A DNA stretch of 64,000 nt from contig JBEWZL010000200.1 of assembly GCA_045837725.1 (NCBI GenBank), forward strand, positions 1-64,000, written 5' to 3'. The translations under genes were made by a program, and so were the position numbers. This document shows, one piece after another, positions 1-11,831 of this stretch (its first letter is position 1; every line of letters begins with the position of its first letter). Below the pieces are notes generated by a model that saw nothing but the letters and a program-made list of their open reading frames with translations, did not search any database and was not told the DNA's origin. The DNA is from Vermamoeba vermiformis (lineage: Eukaryota).

Positions 1-228
1 TCCCTCTTCGGCCGGCCAATGCTTTTAGATAAAAATTATACAAAAATTCAGGACCTTTGATTTCCGTTAATCGCCAGAAGAGACTGTAGTACAAAAAATG
101 GTACAATTTTGTTGGGCGATGTCCATTGACAGTGCGCCACACCCCTGCGTGGATCCAGATCAGCCCCGGATCCGATCCACTTCCCCAAGCTTATTTCTTT
201 GTTTTATCATTAAAAAGGGATAAATCGC

Positions 229-600
229 AATACAAGACTTGGTTGAGCAAGCCTAAGTATTCATAGGGAGGAATTTGGCCGGGCCCTAACCCATCCAAGT
301 GTCGAAGTCACGTTGAGGTGACTGACACGGCCAAAACCATGCGATTCATCAAGATAAAGGTCGCAGGCATCAAGATGACACCCCTCCATAAAGGAGACCG
401 TACAACAAAAGAGTGTCCGCTACGGCAAGTGACAAGTCACTTTCTAGCCCATCCAACTCAGTGCCAGTGAGAGTGCTGTTCCGAACCAGTGGTGTCACCG
501 AAGCAACACGACCTCCAGACCATACTCTGACCCACATCGTCGAGAATCAACGCGTAACTTTCTCGTTGTAGCGGCGCTAAGGTTTCACCCTTAGACGCCG
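229..600 (-). ncRNA. Putative structured non-coding RNA, family unassigned
   Basis: No ORF; at least seven adjacent stem-loops, including a C(UUCG)G tetraloop at 492-509 and G-U wobbles that only pair on the minus strand; T5 run downstream (212-216). Confidence 0.5.
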
Positions 601-803
601 GATTGTTTAACATTGTTTATTGATAATTAATAGTGTCCAATAGTTTTAACAATCCTAAATATAATACACAGTGTTAGATAGGCGATGAAATTCACCTTGG
701 AACTGTAAAAACTTGAATTTTGCTGGCACGCATTCGCCGCAACTATGGTACGTAAATTATTACTTACCGTTGCTGTTTCCGTATTGAATTAGTCATTTAA
801 AAT

Positions 804-1746
804 TACGTAGTGCATTGTTTTACCGCATCGATACCTGTTGTATTCAGATCGTGCGCGAAAAACTTGCCGCCTAAAAATATAGCCGTTAGAATTTGCACAT
901 TAATGATTTAAATTTAATAACTGCAATCTATAAAGGTAAGTGTAAGTTTAGAAGCATTGATTTGTAACAGTGCTCGTGCAGAAAATATTTAAAAATTAAA
1001 AAATTCGAATCTGAAATTTTTATACCTGTTTGCTTCTCTTCAGCTAGTATTTTATCGACAATGCATGGCTATATATAAGACAATTTTTTTCCGATTATCA
1101 AACCAAATATAACTTGCAGTTCGATAATTTCCCATGAATGTGGCCGCAGCATCTCCAGTGGACGCGGCCAAGGTGATTTGGTGTCACCCCAGCTTATTCT
1201 GGTAGATGATTTGGTCGTGCTTCATGGTACTGTGATTGCGGAGTGAATAATAAATCGGTTTTGCCAGCGAAAAGACTATTTTTTTGGCAGCGAATCGCCC
1301 GCAACTACAGGGCAGCAAGTGATAAGCTTGCTAAAGTTAATTGTATGCTATTTCATCAATATTATCAAAGATAAAAGACAGAGCGACGCGTTAAAGACCA
1401 GATCGAGTAATAATTTATTTATTTTTTTTACTCGAAGAAATTCAGCAAAAACCTCCCTATAGCTAGGTGTAAATAGCTTATAAATGCGCAAAAAAATGCC
1501 CAATTTAATTGAAATACCAATATCTTCGCCCGAAATTAATTTTTTTTCGTGCGCAGGGATCAAAGGGATATAAGAATTAATTTCTTTCTCAAAGAGCGGA
1601 TGCAGGAAAGAAAAAATATTGTAGCAAGCTTGATAAAGACGATGACTACTTACAGTGGGCTTGTCCTTCCAAATAGAATTGAGTTCGATTTTGGAACCGT
1701 CCAATGCTTGAACAAGGACGCCTGAGAGTTGTTTGTTGAGCGACAT
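804..1746 (-). pseudogene. Degenerate spliced locus whose first exon resembles the N-terminus of AhpC/TSA-2 (peroxiredoxin-like 2) proteins
   Basis: MSLNKQLSGVLVQALDGSKIELNSIWKDKPT then a gtaagt donor; later splice-like exons (about 1026-1068 and 804-870) do not rebuild the FLRxxGCxxC core. Confidence 0.3.
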
Positions 1747-2611
1747 CTGCTATGTTGTTTTGAGGTTTGAGTGTTATTGTTGTACGAATTTTAAATAAGA
1801 AATGCCTCGATTTCTTTCGCTATTTTATGCTCCGTCTGTTCCGTTCTTCAAGAATAATCTACGTGGATCACAATCGCCATTCCAATTCTGGCGAACGAAT
1901 CCAGTTACATCGCGTGATGTCTTCTAGGTCCAATATTCAATACTACTACCATATATGTACAAATGGTTGCACGAGAGCAACTCGTTTGATTAGCTCGTCA
2001 AACACAACTGAAGTGAAATTAATCTTATTCTTTTGCGCATCTGACTTGTTCGTAGCAAGTCATGTCAGAAACACATATTATGTTACTATTATGCTCGTTG
2101 ATAAGGTAAATTATGAACAACATCCTACGTAGCTTTTTAGTTGAACGATCTGGTTCATCCAGATTATTCGCATTTTTTAACGCGTGTAAATTACTTGAAA
2201 ATGCTGTTAAACTATGATTATAATTTTGGCGCGTGTAGAATAAATATTTAGCTTGTTGCAAATTTTTATAGAAATTAAAATTGCATCCAAAAGATTCTGA
2301 AACAAATACTAGCCAAAATGAATATATTATACGGTTTTAATTATTTTGGATACGATATTTGGAACGTAATTAAGTAAACAACTCACTGACCCGAAAGATC
2401 TGGAGATTTGTCGTTGGAAATTGTATGATCTTCGCCGTGTCCTCTGATGATCTTGCTTTGGTAAGTGATACTATCCTTATAACTATAATTATACTAACGG
2501 TTACAATAAGCGCTATTTTAACGTGCCTCCCAAAAAAGGGAGGAAAATTGTACCAACAACCGGCGCCGAACAATTTTTTCTAGCTAGTAGCTTGATAGAG
2601 AACAATTAAAG

Positions 2612-4914
2612 ATGAGAGTAGTTGTATTAGCAATTATTCTCGCTTTAGCTATGGTCGAGGCCAGGGTTACGAACGTTAGAAGCGAGATCCCGCCTAAATT
2701 CGAGTTACTCGATCGTGCACCGGCAGATCAAGTTCTTGAATTTAGATTAGCGTTACAACAGAATAATATGGATATTTTAGAAGCAAGTACCACCGATAAA
2801 GCCTTAATCTCCTTTAGCCTTAGTCAGATCCATTTCTGAAATTTTATTTTTAGGCTACTTTGCTCGATGTCTCTGATCCCGACTCAAAGAACTACGGTAA
2901 GTATACGTATTGATTATTATAAACGAAGTATTGGTTGCGAATAGCTGCGCGAAAAAGCAACTTACTCTTCCATATTTTCGGCACTAGGTGCTTATTTGTT
3001 TATTAGGCAAATGGTGGACAACTGAACAAATTCTCGATTTAATTGCACCATCAATCGACGAGATCAAGCCAGTTGTTGCATGGTTAAAGTCTCATGGAGT
3101 GGAAGAGATCGACGTCTCTGGTCGCGATTTCATTAAGGCAAAGGCTCCTATTGGAATCATCGAACAATTATTCCAAACCGAAATGCATAATTTCCAATCA
3201 AAAGAAACAGGTTTGTTTTCGGCAAACTGGATACGTACCATGAAAATTTTATTAAATTCTTTCCAAATTAGGCAAAATCGTCCCACGTGCGTTCGGAGAA
3301 GTTCACGTGCCTGATCATCTTCACGTAATTCAGTTTGTAATGGGTATCACGGAACTCGTTCCAAATTCGTATGTTAAGAGCAATGGTGTTTCGGATCTGA
3401 AGCGCCATGTTGAGCAAGATCCGCTGGGGTACATTTATCCCGGCATCATTCGAAAGATGTACCAAATCCCTACAGCCTTCAACGTCAATCCGCAAAGCTC
3501 ATTTGCCGTTGTTGAATATCAAAACGATACGTCCTACAACCAAGCGGATCTGACTATTTTCAACCAACAAATGAACGAGAACGCACGAGTGCAGAAGATC
3601 GTTGGACCTTTTTACCCTGATGATCCTGATGTTGAATCCACTCTTGACGTCCAGGTAATATTAACTTCTTCAACACTTCAACAGATTTGATCTGTTGGAG
3701 GATCAGAAATTAACGCAGAATTTTTCGTCGGTAACTAATGATTTTTTTAAATAGTACGGTGCTGCGATCGCTTTGAACACTTCGTTCTGGTTCTGGACAG
3801 TTGACCAATGGCTGTACGAGTTCGCTACTGATTTGTTCAACGCCGAGTCGCAGCCACTCGTCGTGTCAATGTCTTGGGGCTGGCCTGAAATTATGCAATG
3901 CGGTATGACTGCTTGCGTTAATTCATCGATGGGATCGTCATTGCAATACGTCAATAGAGTGAACCACGAGTACATTAAGATCGGTTTAAAGGGCATCACT
4001 TTGCTCGCTGCTTCAGGTGATTTTGGTGCCGGTGGCGATGGTGATATTGGCTGCGCTAATATTTTGACAACAATTTTCCCTGGTGCTTCTCCCTGGGTCA
4101 CTTCTGTCGGTGGAACTATGTTAATACCACCTTCGCAAGCCGTTCATGAACGACGCCAATCCAAGCAGCAACAACCGCCTATCTGCAGTCAGTTAGTATC
4201 ACGTGATATTTAATTTATCAATTTTATTTCTTATGTTCAAACTTTAGAAAACAATGTGCAACTACGACGGTCGAAGGTGTTTCTTCTTTTCCTGGTAAGA
4301 CTTTTATCCTTAATATTTTGTTCTTAGTATTAATTGTTACTATCATTACAGTTGCACGTATTACATCCGGCGGAGGATTTTCAAATGTGAGTGATTTGCC
4401 CGGCTGGCAAAAAGACTATGTCAACGAATACTTGAAGATCGCGACGAATCTTCCGTACGGCCAATTCAAGCCTACTAAACGAGGCTTCCCTGACGTAGCT
4501 GCAAATGCGCACAATTATTTGATCAACATCGCCGGCCAAGGGTTTATGTCTGTTGACGGGTACGTTTTGCGATGAAGTTTGACAGATCTCAATTTTTATT
4601 AATTTTATTATGGAACCAACAGAACTTCTGCGGCGACTCCCGTGTTCGGAGCTATCATCTCGCTGCTCAATAGCTACTTGCTCAACAACGGCAAGAGCTC
4701 GATTGGCTTTGCCAACCCCTTGTTGTACAAGATGTACGCTGCTGACAAGACGACCTTCACTGACATCACCACTGGCAATAATTATTGCGCTGAAGCGTGT
4801 TGTGGCAATACTGGATATGTTGCCACGAAAGGCTGGGATGCAGTGACTGGTCTCGGTACTCCTATCTTCCCCAAAATGCAGGAGTACCTCCAAAAGAACG
4901 TTGTAAACAAATAA
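2612..4914 (+). CDS. S53 family peptidase (tripeptidyl-peptidase I/sedolisin-like), copy 1, multi-exon
   Basis: Signal peptide, prodomain, ESTLDVQ (Glu/Asp), LAASGD, PWVTSVGGT, SGGGFS, RGFPDVAA, DG|TSA catalytic Ser across an intron, GWDAVTGLGTP. Confidence 0.92.
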
Positions 4915-5013
4915 TAGAAAAATATATATTTGGTAATAAAATAAAAGTAGGTCAGGAAATTCTGGTTGTTTTGTTGTCTCGAGCAGATCGCCACAAACCT
5001 ACGCGCAAATTCA

Positions 5014-7329
5014 ATGGCACAATTAAACAGCGCTATATTTATTGTTTTAGTGGCGCTGCTATGCGTCGAGGCGAAGCTAATGTTACAGAGGAATCACGTT
5101 CCTGATAACTTTAGCAAACTTTCTTTGGCCCAACCAGATCAGACTCACGAATTTAGAATTGCATTAAAACAACGCAATCTAAATATTTTGGAGGTAATTA
5201 ATTATATTCCAATTATAATATAATTCATAGCCGATCCTACCAAGATTTTTCGATTTTACGTGACCTAAAAAATTAATATAAACCTATCAATAACGTTATA
5301 ATAATTATAGGAAAAATTATTGGAGTTATCTGATCCTGATTCGCCCAAGTACGGTATGAACGGAAATATCTAAAGAGGATTCAGATCGAGAAGTTTGATA
5401 CCTTACCTATTATTCAGGCAAATGGCTAACCAATGACCAAATTCTCGATTTGATCGCCCCGACTGAAGAAGAGATTAAACCTGTTGTTTCATGGCTCAAA
5501 GAACACGGTGCAGATCGGATTGACGTTTCAGGACGAGACTATATCAAAGTTTCTGCTTCGATTGGAGTCATTGAAAAATTATTCCAAACGAGAATGCATC
5601 ATTTCAAGTCTGAAGAAACTGGTAAGCGAAAAAAACAACCTTTGTCGATCGGGATCTTGCTGACCACCCACATCAATTAGGCAAGATTATAACACGTGCT
5701 TTCGGTGAAATTCACGTTCCAGACCACCTTCACGTAATTGATATGGTGCTTGGTCTCACTGAACTCGTTCCTAAGTCTGAGATCGAGCCCGTGAAACACA
5801 AGCGAGACGTCACTCAAGATCCAATGGGCTACATTTATCCTGGCATTTTAAGACTCAATTACTATATTCCTAGTGCCTATCAGGTCCATCCTAAGAGCTC
5901 TATTAGCATTGTCAACTTCCAGGATCTGTCGGGTTTCAGTCAATCTGACCTCCCAGTTTTCAACTACAATTTCAACGAGAGCACGCATGTGGATAAGATT
6001 GTTGGTCGATTTAGCGGTAATAGCCCGGACTTCCAATCGAATTTACAAGCTCAAGTAAGTATCAAATAATTACATATTGCCAGCATGACGTGCGAAGTAG
6101 CGGATCCAAAATTTTTCACGATAATCGTTTTTTTCGCGGCATTTTATTTCTTTATTGACACAATGTTCAATATAGTACGGCAGTGCCCTTGCATTAAACA
6201 CTACTTTCTGGTTCTGGACGGTCGATAAGTGGTTGTACGAGTTCGCCACGGATCTGTTCAATTCTGATCCGTACCCTCTCGTCGTTGTCATGGGCTGGGG
6301 CTGGCCTGAAGACTTGCAATGTCAAATTGTCGGTTGCGGTGGCGTCTCTGGCTCGTACGCTTATGTCGAACGACTCAACGCAGAATTCATGAAACTGGGT
6401 GTCAAGGGCATTACGCTCTTAGCCTCTGCAGGCGACAAAGGAGCACCGGGAGATAAAGACAGACACTGCAAAAAAGGAATTATGTCGACCATGTTCCCTG
6501 CCTCGTCTCCTTGGGTCACATCCGTTGGCTCGACTATGCTCGGTGTTCAACAAAACAGACTCTTCAAATCGAAGCGTCAAGCCCCAGTTCCTTATGAATG
6601 CACACAGTACGTCTAATAATGATTATAATATATTATTTTACTAATGCTCGCAAATAGAGTCCAATGCGCAAGTTCTAGCTACGAAATTGCATGCGCATAT
6701 CCTAGTAAGTCGCAAAATAAATACAATATTAATGGTATTGATATTAATATTATTCTTGGAAATTAGCTGCATTTATGACTACTGGTGGAGGATTTTCGCA
6801 AATTAGTCCCAGACCTGCGTATCAACACGATGCCGTGAAACAATACTTCAACAATACTTTCACGCTATTGCCTCCCGCCAATTTGTTCAATGCCTCTAAT
6901 AGAGCATACCCTGATATCAGTGCCACCGGTCATAATTACTTGGTCCAAGTTGGAATGAACGGATTCGTGCAGGTGGATAGGTACGTGGTCTGAAAGTGTG
7001 CGATCCACGTCAATTTTTCTAACTAGATCTGCCAATTTAGCTCGGCTGCTTCAGCAACAGTCGTTGGCAGTGTGTTATCATTATGGAACAGCTTCTTATT
7101 TAACAACAATAAGAACTCGCTCGGATTCGTGAATCCGCTCCTCTACAAAATTTTCAAAGAGAATCCTAATGCCTACACGGACATTACTATAGGCACTAAT
7201 TACTGCACAAAGAGTTGCTGCGGTACCATTGGTTATAATGCAGTTCCTGGCTACGATGTGATTTCAGGTCTAGGCACGCCTTTGTTCTCGCCATCCATTC
7301 CTACACTCAAGAAAATTCTCAAGATCTGA
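5014..7329 (+). CDS. S53 family homolog, copy 2, predicted catalytically inactive
   Basis: Same exon structure as copy 1 with open frames, but QSNLQAQ replaces ESTLDVQ and DSSAA replaces DGTSA. Confidence 0.88.
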
Positions 7330-7462
7330 AAGCAGCACTAGTCACTGTATATACCCACGTAAGCTATTATAGCAAATACTGCAATTTTGGTTTGATATAA
7401 AATCATAACTTGAAGATCCAGATTCTCTGAAATTTTTTTTAACGCAAATAGAATTTTATTTC

Positions 7463-8253
7463 TTATACTTGGACGCTATAAACATCCTTAAGAAAATTCT
7501 TTAAGTGAAAATCAGTAATTCGTTTCACCATTTCTCGATAATGCAATTGAAGCCCGTGATTGTCGCCTTTGAAAATTTCCAGTTCTTTTGGATCACGTGC
7601 AAGTGCGTAAAGTTGTTTTGAACAGCGCGGTGTCAAACACGTGTCAGCATCGCCGTGCATAAATAATGAAGCACAACGAGGTCCTAGTATTGAAACTTCT
7701 TCCGTGCCTGCTGTTTGAGATGCGACCGTTGAAATTGCCACGACTGAATTGCGACGAGAAGCGGCTTTAATAACAACGGCACCGCCAAAAGACCATCCAG
7801 CAAGACATATTTTTTCAACTCCGTATTGACTTTGTAGCGTGTCAATGGCTGTCAAAGTGTCAAGTAGACATTCGGCCAGATGTGCTGGTTTTCGGTAATC
7901 AATTCTAAGAACAGTAACGCCTAGTTGTTGTAAGTCAACTCCGATGTCTTCCCATGCACCACATGGGCCTGCGGTACCTCCACCTGCTCCTGACACAAGA
8001 ACGGATCCAAATTTTGATCCTTCTGATAAGTGCAATAATCCTGGATAATAACGAAATATTAAAATTATAGCCCGAAAACACTCAATATAATCAATATATG
8101 ATACTATGAGAGTTAATACTTACCAGAAACGGTACCTTTCAAGATCTGTCCTTTCGATCCGGATTCAAAAACTTTCAAATTGAAGTTCGTGGGCTTAACT
8201 CTAGTGGTGCTTCTTGACATTGTAGAAAGTGCTCTTTTGATGCTCTTGATCAT
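7463..8253 (-). CDS. Alpha/beta hydrolase
   Basis: GWSFG nucleophile elbow, HGDAD and GDNH motifs; one intron (about 8043-8106); basic Ser/Thr-rich N-terminus MIKSIKRALSTMSRS; alternative start at 8220. Confidence 0.85.
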
Positions 8254-8538
8254 AAAATTCTTGATGAAATGAGCAACCGTTCATTCCTGAGCTTAAATAT
8301 TCTCCGAGCACGTGCCTTGAACTAAGCTCGTGATTGATGTCACGTGCCACTACAGCAACGCTTCTAATTACGACAAATTAATTAAATTATTTGCAGCGTC
8401 AAAAACAGTCCTTGGTTCAAAAAAGTAAAATTGGTTGAACTGTTCTTTGGATCTTTTAAGTGAAACGCTTGAACGAACACGCCGAACCAATTTATAAAAG
8501 GAATTGTTACGTACATAATATTTGGAGCCGAGGAAACA

Positions 8539-9464
8539 ATGAACAGTTGGCAAGATCTTCCGAAAGAATTGATCTCATTAATACTTTCATTATGCGACGA
8601 TAAAACACTTGCTGTTAATATTCCACAAGTATGCAAATTATTTTACAATATTTCAAACGATAATGGCGACATTTGGAAAGCCAGATGCACGAACGATCGA
8701 ATTGATCACGGCTTGAAAGACCCAAACGAGACTTGGAAGCAATTTTATTATGCATGTAAGTATATTGCAACTACATAATGCCTATAATAGACCTAAGTAG
8801 TCGACTGCAGGAAATTTAATTATTTTTTTAATTTTTTAAATTTGTTTTTCAATTTTGTAGGTAACATAAAGTTATTTCCGCTGTATGGCTTTACAATTGG
8901 AAAATCTACTCGTGAAGAGTTTCATTCAGTACCTGGTGTATCAGTAAGCCAACAACGAGGCACACGTGGTGAGTTAGTGTTGAATAAGACCACCTTCAGT
9001 TTCGACAGTTCTGGCGTTTTCACGCGTTTAAATTTCATGCGCACAATGAAGACTAAAAATATTCCTCCGTAAGTACTAATTCCCCCTATTAGCTGAAAAT
9101 ATTTTTTTAAATTTTTATTGTACCGAATCCAGATCTTGGTCAAAGTTCGGATTTACTTGGGAGACTTCATTAGAAGAGTACAAAAAAATATTCCATCGAT
9201 GGAACGGAAATTATTCCATTCCAAACAAACTACATTCAAATATGGTTAGCTTAAATACTGTCGCTTTTGAAGGAAATTTCTATTACTTGATCCAGCTAAC
9301 GTTCGAAGGTACTAATAAAAGTACATATATTTAATGTTTATACACTCATAATACCTATTTTCGCAGATCGAGATGGAAAATTAACGTTGCTGAGGATGGA
9401 TCTAACGCACGTAACGAATCCGCATTTCATCGAATTGTACACGAAGAAAGTCATCAATGATTAA
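8539..9464 (+). CDS. F-box protein with an uncharacterised C-terminal domain
   Basis: N-terminal WQDLPKELISLILSLC...VCKLFYNIS...IWK; four exons joined by GT-AG introns. Confidence 0.75.
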
Positions 9465-9622
9465 AGTACATGTGTAGCATATCACCACGATTATATTTAG
9501 TCATATCGCCTTTCACCAAGAACTTGAGGACAAATTTAAGTGTTCCTAAATTAAAATTTAAACGGATCCGTTCGATTTGCTTTTTTTTTGTTCTTGAAAC
9601 TGCTTTTATCGTATTCAAAACA

Positions 9623-11385
9623 TTATTTCTTTTCAACAACTTTCTTGCGGAGATATTCTTGCATCTTAGGGAACATAGGAGTACCGAGACCAGTCACGGC
9701 GTCCCAGCCCTGAGTAGCGACGAAACCAACATTGCCGCAGCAAATTTCAGTGCAGTAGTTGTTGAGTGGGGTGGGAGGGGGGGAAGAAAAAAAAAAAAAA
9801 GGGTAGGAAGATTCGTGGCAATATTCAGTATATTCCGTACCTGTTGCCAGCTAGGGATGCTGCTAAACAAAGAAAAGGCGTAAGAAGATATGAGTGTGTT
9901 GTTAGATGAGAGAACTTCAGTTATTATCGTGGTACAAGTTTAATTTATGCGTGGAATTTTCCTTATAAGGAAAATTCCACAAAACACGATGGGAATTGAT
10001 CTCCGTTAGATTGATCGCGTTATTTAATTTTATTTATCGATACTTATTTGACATTTTAACGTTTCGTGGCGAACTCGTACATCCATCCTGTTGCAGTCCA
10101 GAACCAAAAACTAGTGTTCAAAGCCAAGGACGCGCCATACTTTAATAGAATATTAATATCGTACATAACAGGAGACCGCCCAATAAAAACAGTTGGTTTC
10201 GTACGAAAAAACGAAACGGATCGGATCCGAAACGGAATTTGAATCAGCCATAAAGTTTTTTGATAGTTCAAATTGATCGTATGACTTACTTGCACATCGA
10301 GCGTTGATTCAGCAATAGGTTTGTCGCCATTGTACGGACCAATTACATTCGTCACTACTGCGTTCTCGCTCATTTCGGAATTGAATTGTGCAAGGTCGTT
10401 CGTACTGTACGAAGGGACGTCAAAGAACTCAATCACGGCCAATGAGCTCATTGTGTTGACGTTGTACGTCGCAGGTATTTTGTACATGTTTCTCAATTGA
10501 CCGGGATAAATGATCCCAAGCGGATCCGTTCGCTCTCCGACGTACTTTTGCTTGATATTAGTACGACCGATTAAGCACTTAGGCACCAGTTCAGTGAGAC
10601 CCATGATCATATCAACAATCTCAAGGTGATCGGGAATATGAATGGATCCGTACACTCGTGAGACGATTATGCCTAATAAGGAAATATTAGAAAAATAACA
10701 TTAAAGTTTATTAATTTAATCGTACCAGTTTCGAGTGACTTGTAGTCGTGCATTTCAGTTTGGAACATTTGTTCAATGACACTAATTCGCGCCGCAACTT
10801 TGATGAAATCACGACCTGAAACGTCGATCTCTTCCACTCCATAAGACTTTAACCATGCAACAACTGGTTTGATCTCGTCAAAGGATGGTGCAATTAAATC
10901 GAGAATTTGTTCAGTTGTCCACCATTTGCCTAATAAAGAAAAAGAACATTAGAAATAAGAACATTAGTGCCGAAAATAAGAACATTAGTGCCGAACATAA
11001 TAATAGTAAGTTGCTTTTTCGCGAGTAGCTATTCGCAACTAATACTTCGACGTTCAAAAAAACAGTATGATAGAACACTATTATGTACCGTAATTAGGAG
11101 ATTCAGGGTCAGAAACGTCGAGAAGAGTGGCCTGTTTTCAATAAACCAATTAAGAAATAAATTAGAATAAAGAAAAACTGACTTCAACTGCTAGTAATAA
11201 TCTACCTCTAGTATATCGATGTTCTTTTGCTTCAATGCGAACCTGAACTCGTGTATTTGATGAGGATCTGTCCTAGCAACGATTTCGAACTGATCTGGGA
11301 CGCGTTCTCGCTGGTTCATTAACCTGGCATCGGCGGTGATTACAGCAAGAGCGATTAAAAATATTGTTACTAATTCGCGAAACAT
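9623..11385 (-). pseudogene. S53 peptidase copy 3 with internal deletions (pseudogene or mis-assembly)
   Basis: Intact 5' exons through ESTLDVQ...WMYEFAT; the SWGWPE/SGD/PWVTSV exon and the GTS region are missing; a low-complexity purine run at about 9764-9802 joins ATNLP to NNYC. Confidence 0.75.
10943..10999. repeat. Short intronic tandem duplication (gaacattag...aaataa units)
   Basis: gaacattag occurs three times, followed by a partial fourth. Confidence 0.6.
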
Positions 11386-11831
11386 ATCAAAGGTTCTGTT
11401 GTAGCGACAACCTGTACTCGGTAGAAGATCCCTCTTAACGAAAGTAGAAACTTCGGCTAAAAATTCATAATTAGATAAAACTTCAATTGAGAACTGATTT
11501 AGAAATATAAAACCATCAATGCTTTTCTACGATTGATAGACTTCAACTCCTCAAAACTAAGCTTTTGAAATTTTCGGATCTCGCTTCAGGGGTTCTCTTC
11601 TGTTGATCAATCGAGCATTGAGTACTAGTTAGCGATTGTGATTGCAAGACCAACCACGAGTATGCGAGCCTTTGAGCACTTGAGCTGTTGTTGGTGTTAT
11701 AGAGACCGCGAAATGAAGGCGTCGCCCGAGTACAATTTCATCGGAATTTAATAATGAATGGCGCAATTTATTGATTAATATTGTCTAGAACAGAACGACG
11801 AATCAATTTAAGCGCCTTGTTGTCTTTGACC

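Noticed and set aside
224-265. SECIS element plus in-frame TGA (about 1184) implying a SelU-like selenoprotein
   Set aside because: The 3' GA of the quartet is out of register and the TGA is not in a CxxU/UxxC context
284-292. CCCTAACCC as a telomerase RNA template on the plus strand
   Set aside because: G-U pairs and the UUCG loop favour the minus strand, no pseudoknot was found, and a 9-mer can arise by chance
257-340. U17/snR30 m1/m2 motifs (TATTCATA ... AAACCAT)
   Set aside because: m1 is imperfect, spacing is wrong, no terminal ACA box, and the strand is disfavoured
1140-1200. KLG*HQITLAASTGDAA resembling the S53 motif KIGLKGITLLAASGD
   Set aside because: Too short, with no flanking S53 similarity
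1767-2573. Short ORFs in the track
   Set aside because: No recognisable motifs or consistent splice structure
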